Below, piece by piece: positions 1 through 9,169 of a DNA stretch of 46,929 nucleotides. The position numbers and the translations under genes were made by a program. The DNA lies in the IMG/VR virus record IMGVR_UViG_3300017716_001704, positions 1 to 46,929 of that record. The stretch is one strand, 5' to 3'. The notes beneath the pieces are model-generated. The model did not search any database and had not been told where the DNA came from. It worked only from the letters and a program-made list of their open reading frames with translations. How positions within the stretch are numbered: position 1 is the stretch's first letter; the number at the start of each line of letters is the position of its first letter. The DNA comes from a virus (Duplodnaviria > Caudoviricetes).

Positions 1-123
1 ACAGACAGACCCCAGAACACGCCGGTAGCGGCGGCTCCTCCGTACATCGCAGCTTGTCCGGCTGTGTCAACTGTTGAGGTCGGGTTCATTATCGCACGTT
101 CGCTGTTGATGATGCCGCACTGC
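1..123. repeat. 123-bp terminal overlap, identical to 46807-46929 (circular contig)
   Basis: Exact match of the two ends. The holin ORF (46620-46895) and the 1030-aa ORF join across it through a TAATG stop/start overlap. Confidence 0.95.
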
Positions 124-3100
124 CTGTAGCCCACATGCGGATAGCTTCTGCTATCACTTTACGTTGACCCTCAGTTTTTGCAAGTCGGTTGAGCATTTTG
201 TTCACGAACGCTGCATCACGGTTCAGCATGGCCTCCGCGATTGCCTTAGCAGCCTTGCCCGAGATGCCGAAGCTCGTCAGCGAGGCCACGCCGCGCTTGA
301 CCATAGCCGTCACGAAGCCGGGGCCGGGACGTCCGGTCGCGGTCGCGAGGGCTTCCATGGCGAGGCTAAGCTCCTCACCAATCGGGCCGTTGTCCTTGGG
401 CCTCTGCGCAGCCTTGCCGAGGTTTTCGAGTTCCGCACGCTGCGTACGACCGACAGTGCCGAGCGTGTCGGCAGTCTCTTGTCCGGCGACCTTGGCGATG
501 CGCCGCCCGGTGGCGGGCACGGTCAGGTCTTTGATGACGCCGACAGCGTCCGCCGGTGACTGCGCGGCCTTGCCAGCGATGGCTCCACGAGCGACAGCGC
601 CGAGAGGTTCCTGCGAGCCCGCCGTGGCAGCGCCGAACTCCGCTTCCGTCATGGTCATGACTTTCGAGGCGGCGTCGATAGCACGCTGGTTCTTGGACAT
701 GGACGCTTTGATGGCGTCGAGTTGGGCCTTGGCCGCACGCTTCAGTTCCAGCAGACGAGCGGCTTCCTTGTCGGACAGCGCCCGCTTGAAGGTGTCGCGC
801 TGGTCGCTGATCTTGCGTTGTGCAGATGTCGCACGTTCGGTCACGTCCCGCTTCGCCGCGGTGGCGTCGTCAGTGATACGTTGGGTCTGCTGCCGTACGT
901 CGTCGGCAATGCCCTCGCGTGTCGTACGAGCGGCAGCCGTTATGTCGGCAATCTCTTGCTGGATTTTCTTCACGTTCGTCATGGTCGTACGAACGGTGCG
1001 TACCAGCGCCTCGCCTTCCTTGCCAGCGAGTTTGATGATGGCGTCCGCGTTGCGGAGGATGCTGTTGGCGGCTTGCAGGGTCTGTGCGCCGTCCTTGGTC
1101 GTGGCCGCGATGGCTTGCAGAGCAGCGTCCTGCGCGCCCTGCTTGACAGCGAGACGTCCCAGAGCGCCGGGCTGCTGAGCCACAGCGACGTCGAGGTCAG
1201 CCGCGCCGGTCGCAGCGTTCTTGCCCGTGGCAGCCGCCCCCAGTTTACGAGCCTCCAGCCCGGCCTTGGTGGCAGCGAACACGTCGAGGTATTCTGACTT
1301 GTAGGCCGGATGCACTTCGCTGGCGTACTTGGTCAGCGCCCTGCCGATGTCTTTCAGGTTGTAGCGCACGCCTGCGACGTCCACGGGCTTGCTGAGCGCG
1401 CGGCGAAGGCTGTCCACATCGTCCAGTGTCAGCGTCATCGGCCCCGGCTCGCCCGCCTTGGCAGAGAAGCTGTCGATGGCCTTGTTGAGGCGGTCGAGTG
1501 CTTCGCCTTGCGGCAGCGTTTCAGCCTTGGCTTTCAGGACCGCGGTGATGGTCTTGGGGTCGTGCGGGAAATTCTTCTTCACCCAGCCCGACGGAAGCTC
1601 GACAGGCTTGTCGGCCATACCGCCGCTGTACTTGCCGGTGACAGGGTCTTTCACACCGCGGAAGGTGGCGGTGGTCTGCTTGTCGAGGTCCGCGAGCACG
1701 GCCTTGTCGGTCGCGATGCCTTCCGCGCGCTTCTGGAGCGTGCCGGACATGCGAGCGCCCGCAGCGTCGATCTTGGCCTCTTGCCCGGCGATCAGCGCGC
1801 CAGTCTCGTCGCGCACCATGCGCTTGGTCTGGTCGCCTGCCAGTGTGGCGGCGCGTGCCTGCTGCGAGGCAGTGTCGTCAATGCCTTGGGACTGCATGCG
1901 AGCCGCGTCAGCCGTACGACGGGCCGCAGCTTCGGCGCTGTCGTCAATGGAGCGTCCGACGGTTGCGGCCTTGGCCTGTGTCCGTGCGAGGTCGTCAGCG
2001 AGTTGGGCTTCACGTCCGCCGATGGCAGCTTCGCCACGGGCAGCAAGATCGTCCAGTGCGCCGGTGGCAGAGCGTGTGTCGCCCGTGCGCTCGACAGCGG
2101 TGCCGATGCGATCAGGCAGCGCGTTGTAGGTATCTTCCTCGCCCTTGCGGAACACCTGCGCAGCGTCTTTCTTGGCGCGCGACAGCTTGCCGAAAGCTTC
2201 AGCCGTGTCGTCACCGGCGACAGCGAGGATGTTGGCATCGACGCCGTTCGCAGCAACGTACTCGTCTACGCTCTTGCGGACTTCAGCGACGGGCAGTTTG
2301 AGGCGGCTGGAGATGCGGTTGACTTGCGCCACCGACAGCTTGAACTCCTCAGTGTCGCGGACGCGCTTCGGCTTGCCGTTCGGCAGCATTTCCACTTCGC
2401 CAGCGGCGTTCTTGACTTTCTTGCCGCCCTCAAGGGCACGCCCGACGCGCGGCACGATGATGTCGGCAGCCGGTTTGATGATGGCGTCACCAATGCCTTG
2501 CAGGGCCTTGCCGAAGATGGCGCTGTAGACTGCGTCCTCTGCGGCCTTGCCGGGGTCTGTCGGGTTCTCCAGCAGCGAGTGACCGCCAGCGAGGATCGCG
2601 GACTGCGCGCCGACGCCTTTCGTGGTGAGGCCCATGGGGAGCTTGATAGCACCGCTGGCCCGGCCAAGCAGCGCGCCGCCATAGCCGAAGCCCGCCACGT
2701 CGCCAACGGCGGAGGCGAGCGGCTGGTCCTTGCGAAGCTGTTCAGCCTGCTGCTGCGTACGGTCGAACTTCTGGAAGAAGTTCTCTTGGTCGTTGGTCGT
2801 CATCTCGGAAATGCCCGCGATGACAGCGTCGTCTACGGGTCCGAGGAGGTTGGTCGCTGCACGTCCGCTGGCCTGAAACGCTTGCGCCGCGCCGCCGCCG
2901 AAGTCGCTGCGCGCTTGGTCGCCGGTCTTGTTGCCGGTGGACTGATCGCCCATGATGCCCATGCGGCCCATGCCGACAAGGTTGGGCAGCCGGTCGAGGC
3001 CGTTTACGAAGTTGTCGAAGCCGGATTTCTCCGCCTGAACCTGTTCGATCTTCTGCGGGCCAGCGGGCTTAGCCACTGCCGTACGACGGGCGTGTGCTTC

Positions 3101-3181
3101 CGACATGACCTTGTTGATGGTCGCCGCGTCAGTCCCGTCGGGAAACTCCACGCGCAGACCGTTTGGACCCTCGACAATCAT
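89..3181 (-). CDS. Large internal virion / DNA ejection protein
   Basis: 1030 aa, Ala-rich and helical. Last of three genes after the tail genes, the position of podovirus ejection proteins. TAATG coupling at both ends. Confidence 0.7.
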   Translation of the reverse strand: MIVEGPNGLRVEFPDGTDAATINKVMSEAHARRTAVAKPAGPQKIEQVQAEKSGFDNFVNGLDRLPNLVGMGRMGIMGDQSTGNKTGDQARSDFGGGAAQAFQASGRAATNLLGPVDDAVIAGISEMTTNDQENFFQKFDRTQQQAEQLRKDQPLASAVGDVAGFGYGGALLGRASGAIKLPMGLTTKGVGAQSAILAGGHSLLENPTDPGKAAEDAVYSAIFGKALQGIGDAIIKPAADIIVPRVGRALEGGKKVKNAAGEVEMLPNGKPKRVRDTEEFKLSVAQVNRISSRLKLPVAEVRKSVDEYVAANGVDANILAVAGDDTAEAFGKLSRAKKDAAQVFRKGEEDTYNALPDRIGTAVERTGDTRSATGALDDLAARGEAAIGGREAQLADDLARTQAKAATVGRSIDDSAEAAARRTADAARMQSQGIDDTASQQARAATLAGDQTKRMVRDETGALIAGQEAKIDAAGARMSGTLQKRAEGIATDKAVLADLDKQTTATFRGVKDPVTGKYSGGMADKPVELPSGWVKKNFPHDPKTITAVLKAKAETLPQGEALDRLNKAIDSFSAKAGEPGPMTLTLDDVDSLRRALSKPVDVAGVRYNLKDIGRALTKYASEVHPAYKSEYLDVFAATKAGLEARKLGAAATGKNAATGAADLDVAVAQQPGALGRLAVKQGAQDAALQAIAATTKDGAQTLQAANSILRNADAIIKLAGKEGEALVRTVRTTMTNVKKIQQEIADITAAARTTREGIADDVRQQTQRITDDATAAKRDVTERATSAQRKISDQRDTFKRALSDKEAARLLELKRAAKAQLDAIKASMSKNQRAIDAASKVMTMTEAEFGAATAGSQEPLGAVARGAIAGKAAQSPADAVGVIKDLTVPATGRRIAKVAGQETADTLGTVGRTQRAELENLGKAAQRPKDNGPIGEELSLAMEALATATGRPGPGFVTAMVKRGVASLTSFGISGKAAKAIAEAMLNRDAAFVNKMLNRLAKTEGQRKVIAEAIRMWATGSAASSTANVR

Positions 3182-4443
3182 TAGTCAGTTCCCGGTGTCC
3201 ACTGGTAGACGCCGTCAGCCCGCTCTTGCAGGTTGCCCCCGGCGACGGGAGGCTGTTGTGTGGTAGCTCCGCCCGTGGGGGCGTTCGAGACGTCCTCGCG
3301 ACCGAGCCGCGACGGGTCAGCGAGGCGGGCTTCCGCCCAGCGCTGGAACTTGTCGATGGCTGCCCAACGAGCGCCGTACGAGCCGCCGCCGCCGAGCATG
3401 TCACGCCACATCTTTTTCTCGCCTTCGGTATCGAACAGGCGAGACGACATGCCGGGAGCGTTGATGATGTTCGTGAGGAGCATGGTCGTCGTGTCGTCAA
3501 TCGTACGACGCATTTCCTCTTTCTTGTCGCCGGTGAGTGAGCCGATGAACCGCCCGATGGGGTTGTCGCCCGTCCAGAGGTTCGAGATGACGTCGGTGTC
3601 GCTGTTCGGGATCGCGCCGGACTGCACAGCCGTATTCAGTTGGTTGCGCATGTCGTCAATGGTGCTGAACAGAGCCACCTCTTGCGCGGCAGCCTGTTCC
3701 GGCGTGGTCGCGCCGGGCTTGCCGGTGAGACGTTGCACGCCGAGCGCGCGGGTCGCTTCAGCGCTCGCCACAGACAGGCGGTGCGCGTCGTCGGCGGCGC
3801 GCTGGTCAACAGTGCTGAAGCCGGGGATGACGCCAGCCTTGTCGCGGTCGCCTTGGTTGATCGTGATCGGCTTGCCTTGGGCGTCGTACCCGCTGATCGT
3901 GCCGGTGACTTTCTCTTGGCCCATGAAGCCGTCGCGCATGGACTTGAAGAAAGTCGGCATGTCGGGGAACTGCTTCGCCATTTCGAGAAGCTGCGGGAAC
4001 GCCTGCGGGTTGATGCCCAGCGAGGCAGCCATGGACGGCGTGAAGCGCTGCGCGAGGTCAGCGACGTCCTTGGGGTTCAGAGCTTCCATAGCATCTAGGC
4101 CACGGAGCGCGGCGGCGCGCGTCTCGTCGCCAATCTTTTTGGTGGTGTCTACCTTCGTTTCGTCCGTGGTAGCCTTGGTCTGGTCGAGGGTCGCGGCCTG
4201 TTGCGCCAGTTCGCCGGGCTGCTTCTGAGCCTCGAACTGCGTCGTCTGCACCGTGCGCGCGGCGTCCGGGTCGCCAAACTCGACGCCCTTGGCGACAAGC
4301 GCGTTGCGAGCGTCGTTGACACGCTTCAGTTCAGCGTCCTTGTACGGGTCTTCAATCGCCCGACGGTCCGCGATGTAGTTCTGGTTGTTGCTTTCCTGCC
4401 GGGCCGCGCGGCCTGACCGAAAGTCGTCCATCACGTTGTACAT
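3181..4443 (-). CDS. Internal virion / DNA ejection protein
   Basis: 420 aa, middle gene of the ejection trio; assigned by synteny and composition. Confidence 0.65.
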   Translation of the reverse strand: MYNVMDDFRSGRAARQESNNQNYIADRRAIEDPYKDAELKRVNDARNALVAKGVEFGDPDAARTVQTTQFEAQKQPGELAQQAATLDQTKATTDETKVDTTKKIGDETRAAALRGLDAMEALNPKDVADLAQRFTPSMAASLGINPQAFPQLLEMAKQFPDMPTFFKSMRDGFMGQEKVTGTISGYDAQGKPITINQGDRDKAGVIPGFSTVDQRAADDAHRLSVASAEATRALGVQRLTGKPGATTPEQAAAQEVALFSTIDDMRNQLNTAVQSGAIPNSDTDVISNLWTGDNPIGRFIGSLTGDKKEEMRRTIDDTTTMLLTNIINAPGMSSRLFDTEGEKKMWRDMLGGGGSYGARWAAIDKFQRWAEARLADPSRLGREDVSNAPTGGATTQQPPVAGGNLQERADGVYQWTPGTD

Positions 4444-4446
4444 GGC

Positions 4447-5079
4447 TTACCCTTTCGGCGGAACGCCGACGCCAGTCGTAGCGACCACGCCGGTCTGTGT
4501 TTTGGGAGCGCCGCGCATGTCGCCAATCGCGCCTGCGATGTTTGATGCCGCACCGGCGTAGGCTTTCGACGTGGCATCGCCAGCGGCCATCTGCGCGTTC
4601 GCTGCGCCAGCCGCGCCGCCCGTGTACACGTTGGCAAGCGTCTGGTCGGCCTGCATGCCCATGCCGGACTGCTGGTTAAGCTGCTGGATGTAGTTGTTGA
4701 AATACTGTTGCCCGAGGCCCGAGCCGAAGCGTTGAGTAGCCTTGAGGGTCGCGCCGGACTTCAGCATGCCGCGAGCCGCGGCGTTGCTGTTGAGGGCGTC
4801 GATACCGCCCTTCATCTGCGTACGATAGCCTGCGCTGTCGAGGTAGTTCTGGAAGCCTGCTTGGGCCGCTTCCGGGTTCGGTCCGAGGCCGAGGAGGTTC
4901 TGCGCCTGCCCGAAGGCGGCTTGTCCGCCGGGGCTGTACGTGGACTTCAAGCCCGTGTTGGCCTCGACGCGTTTGACACCGGCCTCTTGCGCCGCAGCCG
5001 CCTTTTTCGCGGCCTTGTTGGCAGACATGCCCCCGAGGAGCGATCCGCCGACGCCTACTGCTGCTGCGATCCAAGCCAT
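4447..5079 (-). CDS. DNA ejection (pilot) protein, P22 gp7-like
   Basis: MAWIAAAVGVGGSLLGG N-terminus; 'GY..Q...G..A.NS.AAARG.L.SGATLKA' pattern; Gly/Ala/Gln-rich. Confidence 0.75.
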   Translation of the reverse strand: MAWIAAAVGVGGSLLGGMSANKAAKKAAAAQEAGVKRVEANTGLKSTYSPGGQAAFGQAQNLLGLGPNPEAAQAGFQNYLDSAGYRTQMKGGIDALNSNAAARGMLKSGATLKATQRFGSGLGQQYFNNYIQQLNQQSGMGMQADQTLANVYTGGAAGAANAQMAAGDATSKAYAGAASNIAGAIGDMRGAPKTQTGVVATTGVGVPPKG

Positions 5080-5104
5080 TTTGGGTGCCCTTTCAATGCG
5101 CTAG

Positions 5105-5133
5105 CCCCGCCGTACGTCTTAGGTACGGCGGGG
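5105..5133 (-). terminator. Intergenic hairpin (11-bp stem), possible weak terminator or processing site
   Basis: CCCCGCCGTAC-7nt-GTACGGCGGGG with no clear U-tract. Confidence 0.4.
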
Positions 5134-5144
5134 TGATGCGCAAT

Positions 5145-5399
5145 TTAGCCAGCCACCTTCGGTGCCTGCTTACCCGCCGGGGTCGTGGTGACGAGGCGGA
5201 GAAGAATGTTGACGGCTGCACCGGCCACACCGAGGCCACCGATCAGGGCGTCGATATTCTGGGACAGCATTTCCTGCGTGACGCCGACCGCCTGCGATGC
5301 AGGGATCACGCCAAGCGCGACGAGAACGCCCACCAGCGCCAGCACGGCGTTGATAAGGATGGTCCGGTAGCCTTTGAGGCTGGCAAGAAATTCGGTCAT
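5145..5399 (-). CDS. Small two-TM membrane protein, holin-like
   Basis: 84 aa from ATG 5399. KGYRT followed by two hydrophobic segments and a basic C-terminus. Confidence 0.6.
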   Translation of the reverse strand: MTEFLASLKGYRTILINAVLALVGVLVALGVIPASQAVGVTQEMLSQNIDALIGGLGVAGAAVNILLRLVTTTPAGKQAPKVAG

Positions 5400-5471
5400 G
5401 GCTTTGCTCGCGCTGGGGTGAAATACGTTATCACCCTTGTAAGCTGGCCCGGCCCTCCACGTCAAGCCCGT

Positions 5472-6212
5472 TTACGCGAAGGCGACAATCGAAAATGCGG
5501 CGCTCGTGAGGTTTTGGGCAGACGAGGTGAACACATTCAGTTCGAAGTAATCGCCCGGTGTGACTGCCAAAATGCCGGTGTTTAGTATCTGGCGATCAGC
5601 GCCGGAGGTCAGGGTGCTGTCACCGACGTTCGGCTGGCCGGGGTAGAACGTGACCGCGCCGTTTTTCCAGATTTGGGCGAACTTGTTGCCGGTGGTGTTT
5701 GTCCACAGGATTTGGGCAGACAGCATGACACGTGTAACGCCAGCCGGGATGGTGATCCGTGTCGGTTGCCCAGCGATGTCGATGAACGCCGCGTCGTCGT
5801 ACGTCTCAGCCGTCATGGTGACGCGCGTGTCAGTTGACGCTGCGATAGCCTGTGTGCTCAGCCGGGTAGACATGCCACAGCGCCCGCTGCCGCTTGCTAC
5901 CGCAGTGACGTGCCCTTTGTCGTCCACAGTGATGTTGGGGTTCGTGTAGGTTCCCGGCGTCACGCCGCTGTTGGCGTGAGCGATGGGAGCTATGACGCCA
6001 CCAAGCTGGCCTCCGCCGGTGATGGGCGAGGTGGTCGTGATGGTCTTGGCGGCGAGCGCTTCAGCGTCCGTCGTCAGGCCGGAGTTGTTCTGCCGCTGGC
6101 GCTGCCAGTTCCGCAGGAACGTGTCGGTTGCCGTACCGTCAGGCTTGACGATGACGGTGTCCTTCGTGATGGGGTCCGAGCCGGTAGCCCGGAAGATCGT
6201 ACGACGGGCCAT
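5472..6212 (-). CDS. Tail fibre/spike-like protein
   Basis: ATG 6212 is coupled by TAATG. Contains the 'SGVTPGTY..ITVD.KG.VT' fibre repeat and a beta-rich C-terminal head. Confidence 0.65.
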   Translation of the reverse strand: MARRTIFRATGSDPITKDTVIVKPDGTATDTFLRNWQRQRQNNSGLTTDAEALAAKTITTTSPITGGGQLGGVIAPIAHANSGVTPGTYTNPNITVDDKGHVTAVASGSGRCGMSTRLSTQAIAASTDTRVTMTAETYDDAAFIDIAGQPTRITIPAGVTRVMLSAQILWTNTTGNKFAQIWKNGAVTFYPGQPNVGDSTLTSGADRQILNTGILAVTPGDYFELNVFTSSAQNLTSAAFSIVAFA

Positions 6213-7024
6213 TAGGTTGCCTCGTACGTCGCACGGTCGATGCGTGCCACGCCGCCCCAATCCGAGATGTTAACGATACGTCCCGGCGCTTGGAAGGAGC
6301 CGAGCGACATCCAGTCAAGCTGCTGGTTCTTGTCAGCGTCGAGCACAATGAGGCCGTCTTCCGGGCTCTGCCACGTCTCGCCTTGGTCGTCCGAGAAAGT
6401 GAGTTCGATGGTCGGGGCCGCGCCGCTGGGGCTGCCCACGCTCGCCAGAAGCTGCACGCTGTCGTGCGACACCCATGACCAGCCCGACTGCGGGATGATG
6501 GCTGTGACCGTACGACGGATGTCCTTGAAGCCCTCGTCAATGAAGGTTTCGGGGTCGATTTCCCACACGATAGGGTTCTGGCGGTCGCCAGCGATGATGC
6601 GATCTTCCGAGCCCCAGTTCATGCCCACGTAGGCGTTCCAGCCGGTGTCGAAGCCTTCGGTCTTCCACTCGGACCACTCCTTCGACACAAAGTCGTAAAC
6701 GAACGTGCCCTGCTCCCCGAGGTGCAGGACATAGAAGCGGTGTCCGTCCATGGTGAAGCCCCACGCGCGGAGGCGGTAGTCTTCCGGTGCGCCGGTGCCG
6801 TACACGGCAAGTACGCTGTACTGCTCGATTTCCGGCACATAGTTGTCAGCCGGGGCCTGCGAGATGACGGCCAGCGCCGCGAACTGCGGCGTGAAAGCCG
6901 TTGGCACGTACACGCTGGCGTCAAACGCAGCCATGACCACAAGCTGCGGAGTACTGGCACTGCCCGTACTTTCCGCAGCCATAAGCGCGAGGATTTCCGG
7001 GCTAAAGGCGACTGCCGAGGCCAT
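6212..7024 (-). CDS. Tail hub / DNA stabilisation protein, C-terminal part (P22 gp10-like)
   Basis: 'GH.FYVL....T.VYD....W', 'L..SDD.G.TW' and 'W..LG' motifs typical of the gp10 C-half. Confidence 0.65.
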   Translation of the reverse strand: MASAVAFSPEILALMAAESTGSASTPQLVVMAAFDASVYVPTAFTPQFAALAVISQAPADNYVPEIEQYSVLAVYGTGAPEDYRLRAWGFTMDGHRFYVLHLGEQGTFVYDFVSKEWSEWKTEGFDTGWNAYVGMNWGSEDRIIAGDRQNPIVWEIDPETFIDEGFKDIRRTVTAIIPQSGWSWVSHDSVQLLASVGSPSGAAPTIELTFSDDQGETWQSPEDGLIVLDADKNQQLDWMSLGSFQAPGRIVNISDWGGVARIDRATYEAT

Positions 7025-7036
7025 GGCCTAGCTCCC

Positions 7037-9169
7037 TTATGCCGTACGAGCGAGGCTTACCCTGCCGTTGACGACTGACGTGGGCGTGAGGGCCGCGCTT
7101 GTGCTGGGGTCTTGCTCGAACACGTCGCCGCGGTAGGACGGCGTGATGCCAAGCGGGTTGGCTGCGCCAGCCGCAGAGAAGCCCGACACGACCAGCGATT
7201 TCTGGAGCGTGGCGTTGTCCGATGGGACGTACGACAGGTCAACGACAAACAGGGCGCGAACGCCGGTGGTGGTCGGCGGCAGGGCCGAAACGGTGTACTC
7301 GGACGCTGCCGGGATGTCAGCGCCGCCGGTGAAGGTCGCGCCGTTCTGCCAGACGCCGTTCGCCATGGTTTCCGTCGAGACGATGGTGTTGCCAGCCGCG
7401 CCGTTGACGAGGGCTTGCGCCGTCATGTCGGACACTGTCGGGCCAAGGGCCGCGAAGGCGGAGGCGTTGATGACGGTGCCGGTGCCGTAGCGAACGCCGA
7501 TACCAGCGCCAAGGTTGATGGCGTCGGTGAGGTTCGTGAGGCTGTCAAGCGTCGTCGCGCCGATCAGGATGGAGTTGGCCGCGCCGAGCACGGTGTTGAA
7601 GGTGTAGGTCGTTGCGCCGACACGCACTGTCTCGCCGTTGGTCGGGTTGACCGACGCTTGTAGGATGTTGGTGGCAGGCAGGAACGGTGTCTCGATATAG
7701 CGCTCGTCAAGCGGGTCCAGCGGCTGTGCCGACAGGTAGGCTGCGGAGGCGTCGTTGGGCGTGGAGCGCGCCGCGGTGCCGCGAAGCGCGAGGGTCTTCA
7801 CCGACGTCGTGCTTTCGTCCACCACAGAGTTGTCGAGGCCCCAGATAAGCTGGACGCTCGCGAAGGAGGCATCGCCGCCGCCGCGCGGGAAGGCTGCTGC
7901 CGGAGGCGTGAAGTTGGCCGTGTAGCGCCCGACGCCGACCGTGACGCGGTGCTCGTCAAAGCGAGCGTTGTAGCTCGTGTTGGCTTGGACAGCGGTGCCG
8001 GTGCCGGACATCGTGCCGCCGACGGCGTACTTGGCGTTGGTGGTCGCCGCGAAGTACGTGTTGGCGTCCGCGATGTTGAGGCCGATCTGGATGCCGTTGA
8101 TGAACAGACGCGTGACTGCGCCGGTGCGGCTGATGGCGATGTGGTACCAGCGGCCACGGATCGGAACCCACGGCACTGACGTACGGAAAAGCGTAATCAT
8201 GCCGCCGGTGGTGCCGTCGGTCGAGATTTCGAAGCGGAGTTCGCCGTTGTTCAGCGAGGGTCCGTAATGCACGAGGCGGTAGCTGCGGTTGTTCGTGGCG
8301 GTGTTCCACTTGCCCCAGAGCATCGCTTCCTGTGTGCCCGTGGGCAGGATGTTCGGGCGGAACCAGCCCTCCAGCGTGTACGCGCCAGCGCCAAGGTCGA
8401 AGCCTGCCACAGCCGAACAGTCGAGGGCATCGCCGCTCGACGTCGGGATTTCGAGTTGGCCTGCGCCGTAAAGCTGGAGCGGGCGACCGGGGAAGTTGTT
8501 GACCGGCGCACCGTTGAGTTGCAGGTTCGCCACGCCAGAGATGTTCGGCCAGTTGCTGTTGTACGTGCCCGAGAGGGTGTACGGGACCATGAAGTCCACA
8601 TACCAGTCGGACGATGCCGAGCCCGCCTGATCGGACACGCCGATCTGCGTGGTGTTGCCGGACAGGACAAGGTTCGCGCCGTTGACGCCAGACGAGCCGC
8701 CGATAACGGCCCTGCCGTCCACGCGCACTTCCACAGCGCCGGTCGTGGCGTTGTAGGTCATCTGATACTGGAGCTTGTGCGACGTGCCGGGGAAGAAGCA
8801 GGGGGTCGCCGTGCGCGTTACTTCAACGCTGGCGCTGTTCATGACGCGGATGTTGCCGTCGTTGGTGGCCTCCAAGCTGAACGTGCGCGCGCCGACGCCG
8901 TCGGCCTGTTCAACGATCCGGGCGTTCGCCGCCGGAGGGTAGACGGGGAAGTGGAAGCGCATGGCGCAGCCGAGCGACGTCTGAAGCGAGCCGAGGATGC
9001 GCCGGGCTTGGAAGCCGCCGGTGGCGCTCACGCGGAGCCAACGCTTGCCCGTTACTTCGAAAGCCGGGACGGCCAGCAGGCCACCGCTCCAGAAGCCGCG
9101 TTGCATGTTGGCATCGCCGGAGCCCGCAGGCCCGTAGATGTTGAAGTTGTCAGCCCAGAGGATAGTCAT
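7037..9169 (-). CDS. Virion protein with ConA/LamG-like lectin domains
   Basis: 'YTLEGWF...WYHIAISR....RLFING...FDEHRVT.GVGRY..NFTPP...FP' LamG-like signature. Confidence 0.75.
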   Translation of the reverse strand: MTILWADNFNIYGPAGSGDANMQRGFWSGGLLAVPAFEVTGKRWLRVSATGGFQARRILGSLQTSLGCAMRFHFPVYPPAANARIVEQADGVGARTFSLEATNDGNIRVMNSASVEVTRTATPCFFPGTSHKLQYQMTYNATTGAVEVRVDGRAVIGGSSGVNGANLVLSGNTTQIGVSDQAGSASSDWYVDFMVPYTLSGTYNSNWPNISGVANLQLNGAPVNNFPGRPLQLYGAGQLEIPTSSGDALDCSAVAGFDLGAGAYTLEGWFRPNILPTGTQEAMLWGKWNTATNNRSYRLVHYGPSLNNGELRFEISTDGTTGGMITLFRTSVPWVPIRGRWYHIAISRTGAVTRLFINGIQIGLNIADANTYFAATTNAKYAVGGTMSGTGTAVQANTSYNARFDEHRVTVGVGRYTANFTPPAAAFPRGGGDASFASVQLIWGLDNSVVDESTTSVKTLALRGTAARSTPNDASAAYLSAQPLDPLDERYIETPFLPATNILQASVNPTNGETVRVGATTYTFNTVLGAANSILIGATTLDSLTNLTDAINLGAGIGVRYGTGTVINASAFAALGPTVSDMTAQALVNGAAGNTIVSTETMANGVWQNGATFTGGADIPAASEYTVSALPPTTTGVRALFVVDLSYVPSDNATLQKSLVVSGFSAAGAANPLGITPSYRGDVFEQDPSTSAALTPTSVVNGRVSLARTA

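Noticed and set aside
1-123. 123-bp end repeat as a biological direct terminal repeat
   Set aside because: It cuts through two coupled genes, which fits an assembler overlap on a circular or permuted contig better than a real terminus.
1310-3184. 624-aa plus-strand ORF
   Set aside because: Antisense shadow of the 1030-aa gene; no motifs, expected from GC-rich codon bias.
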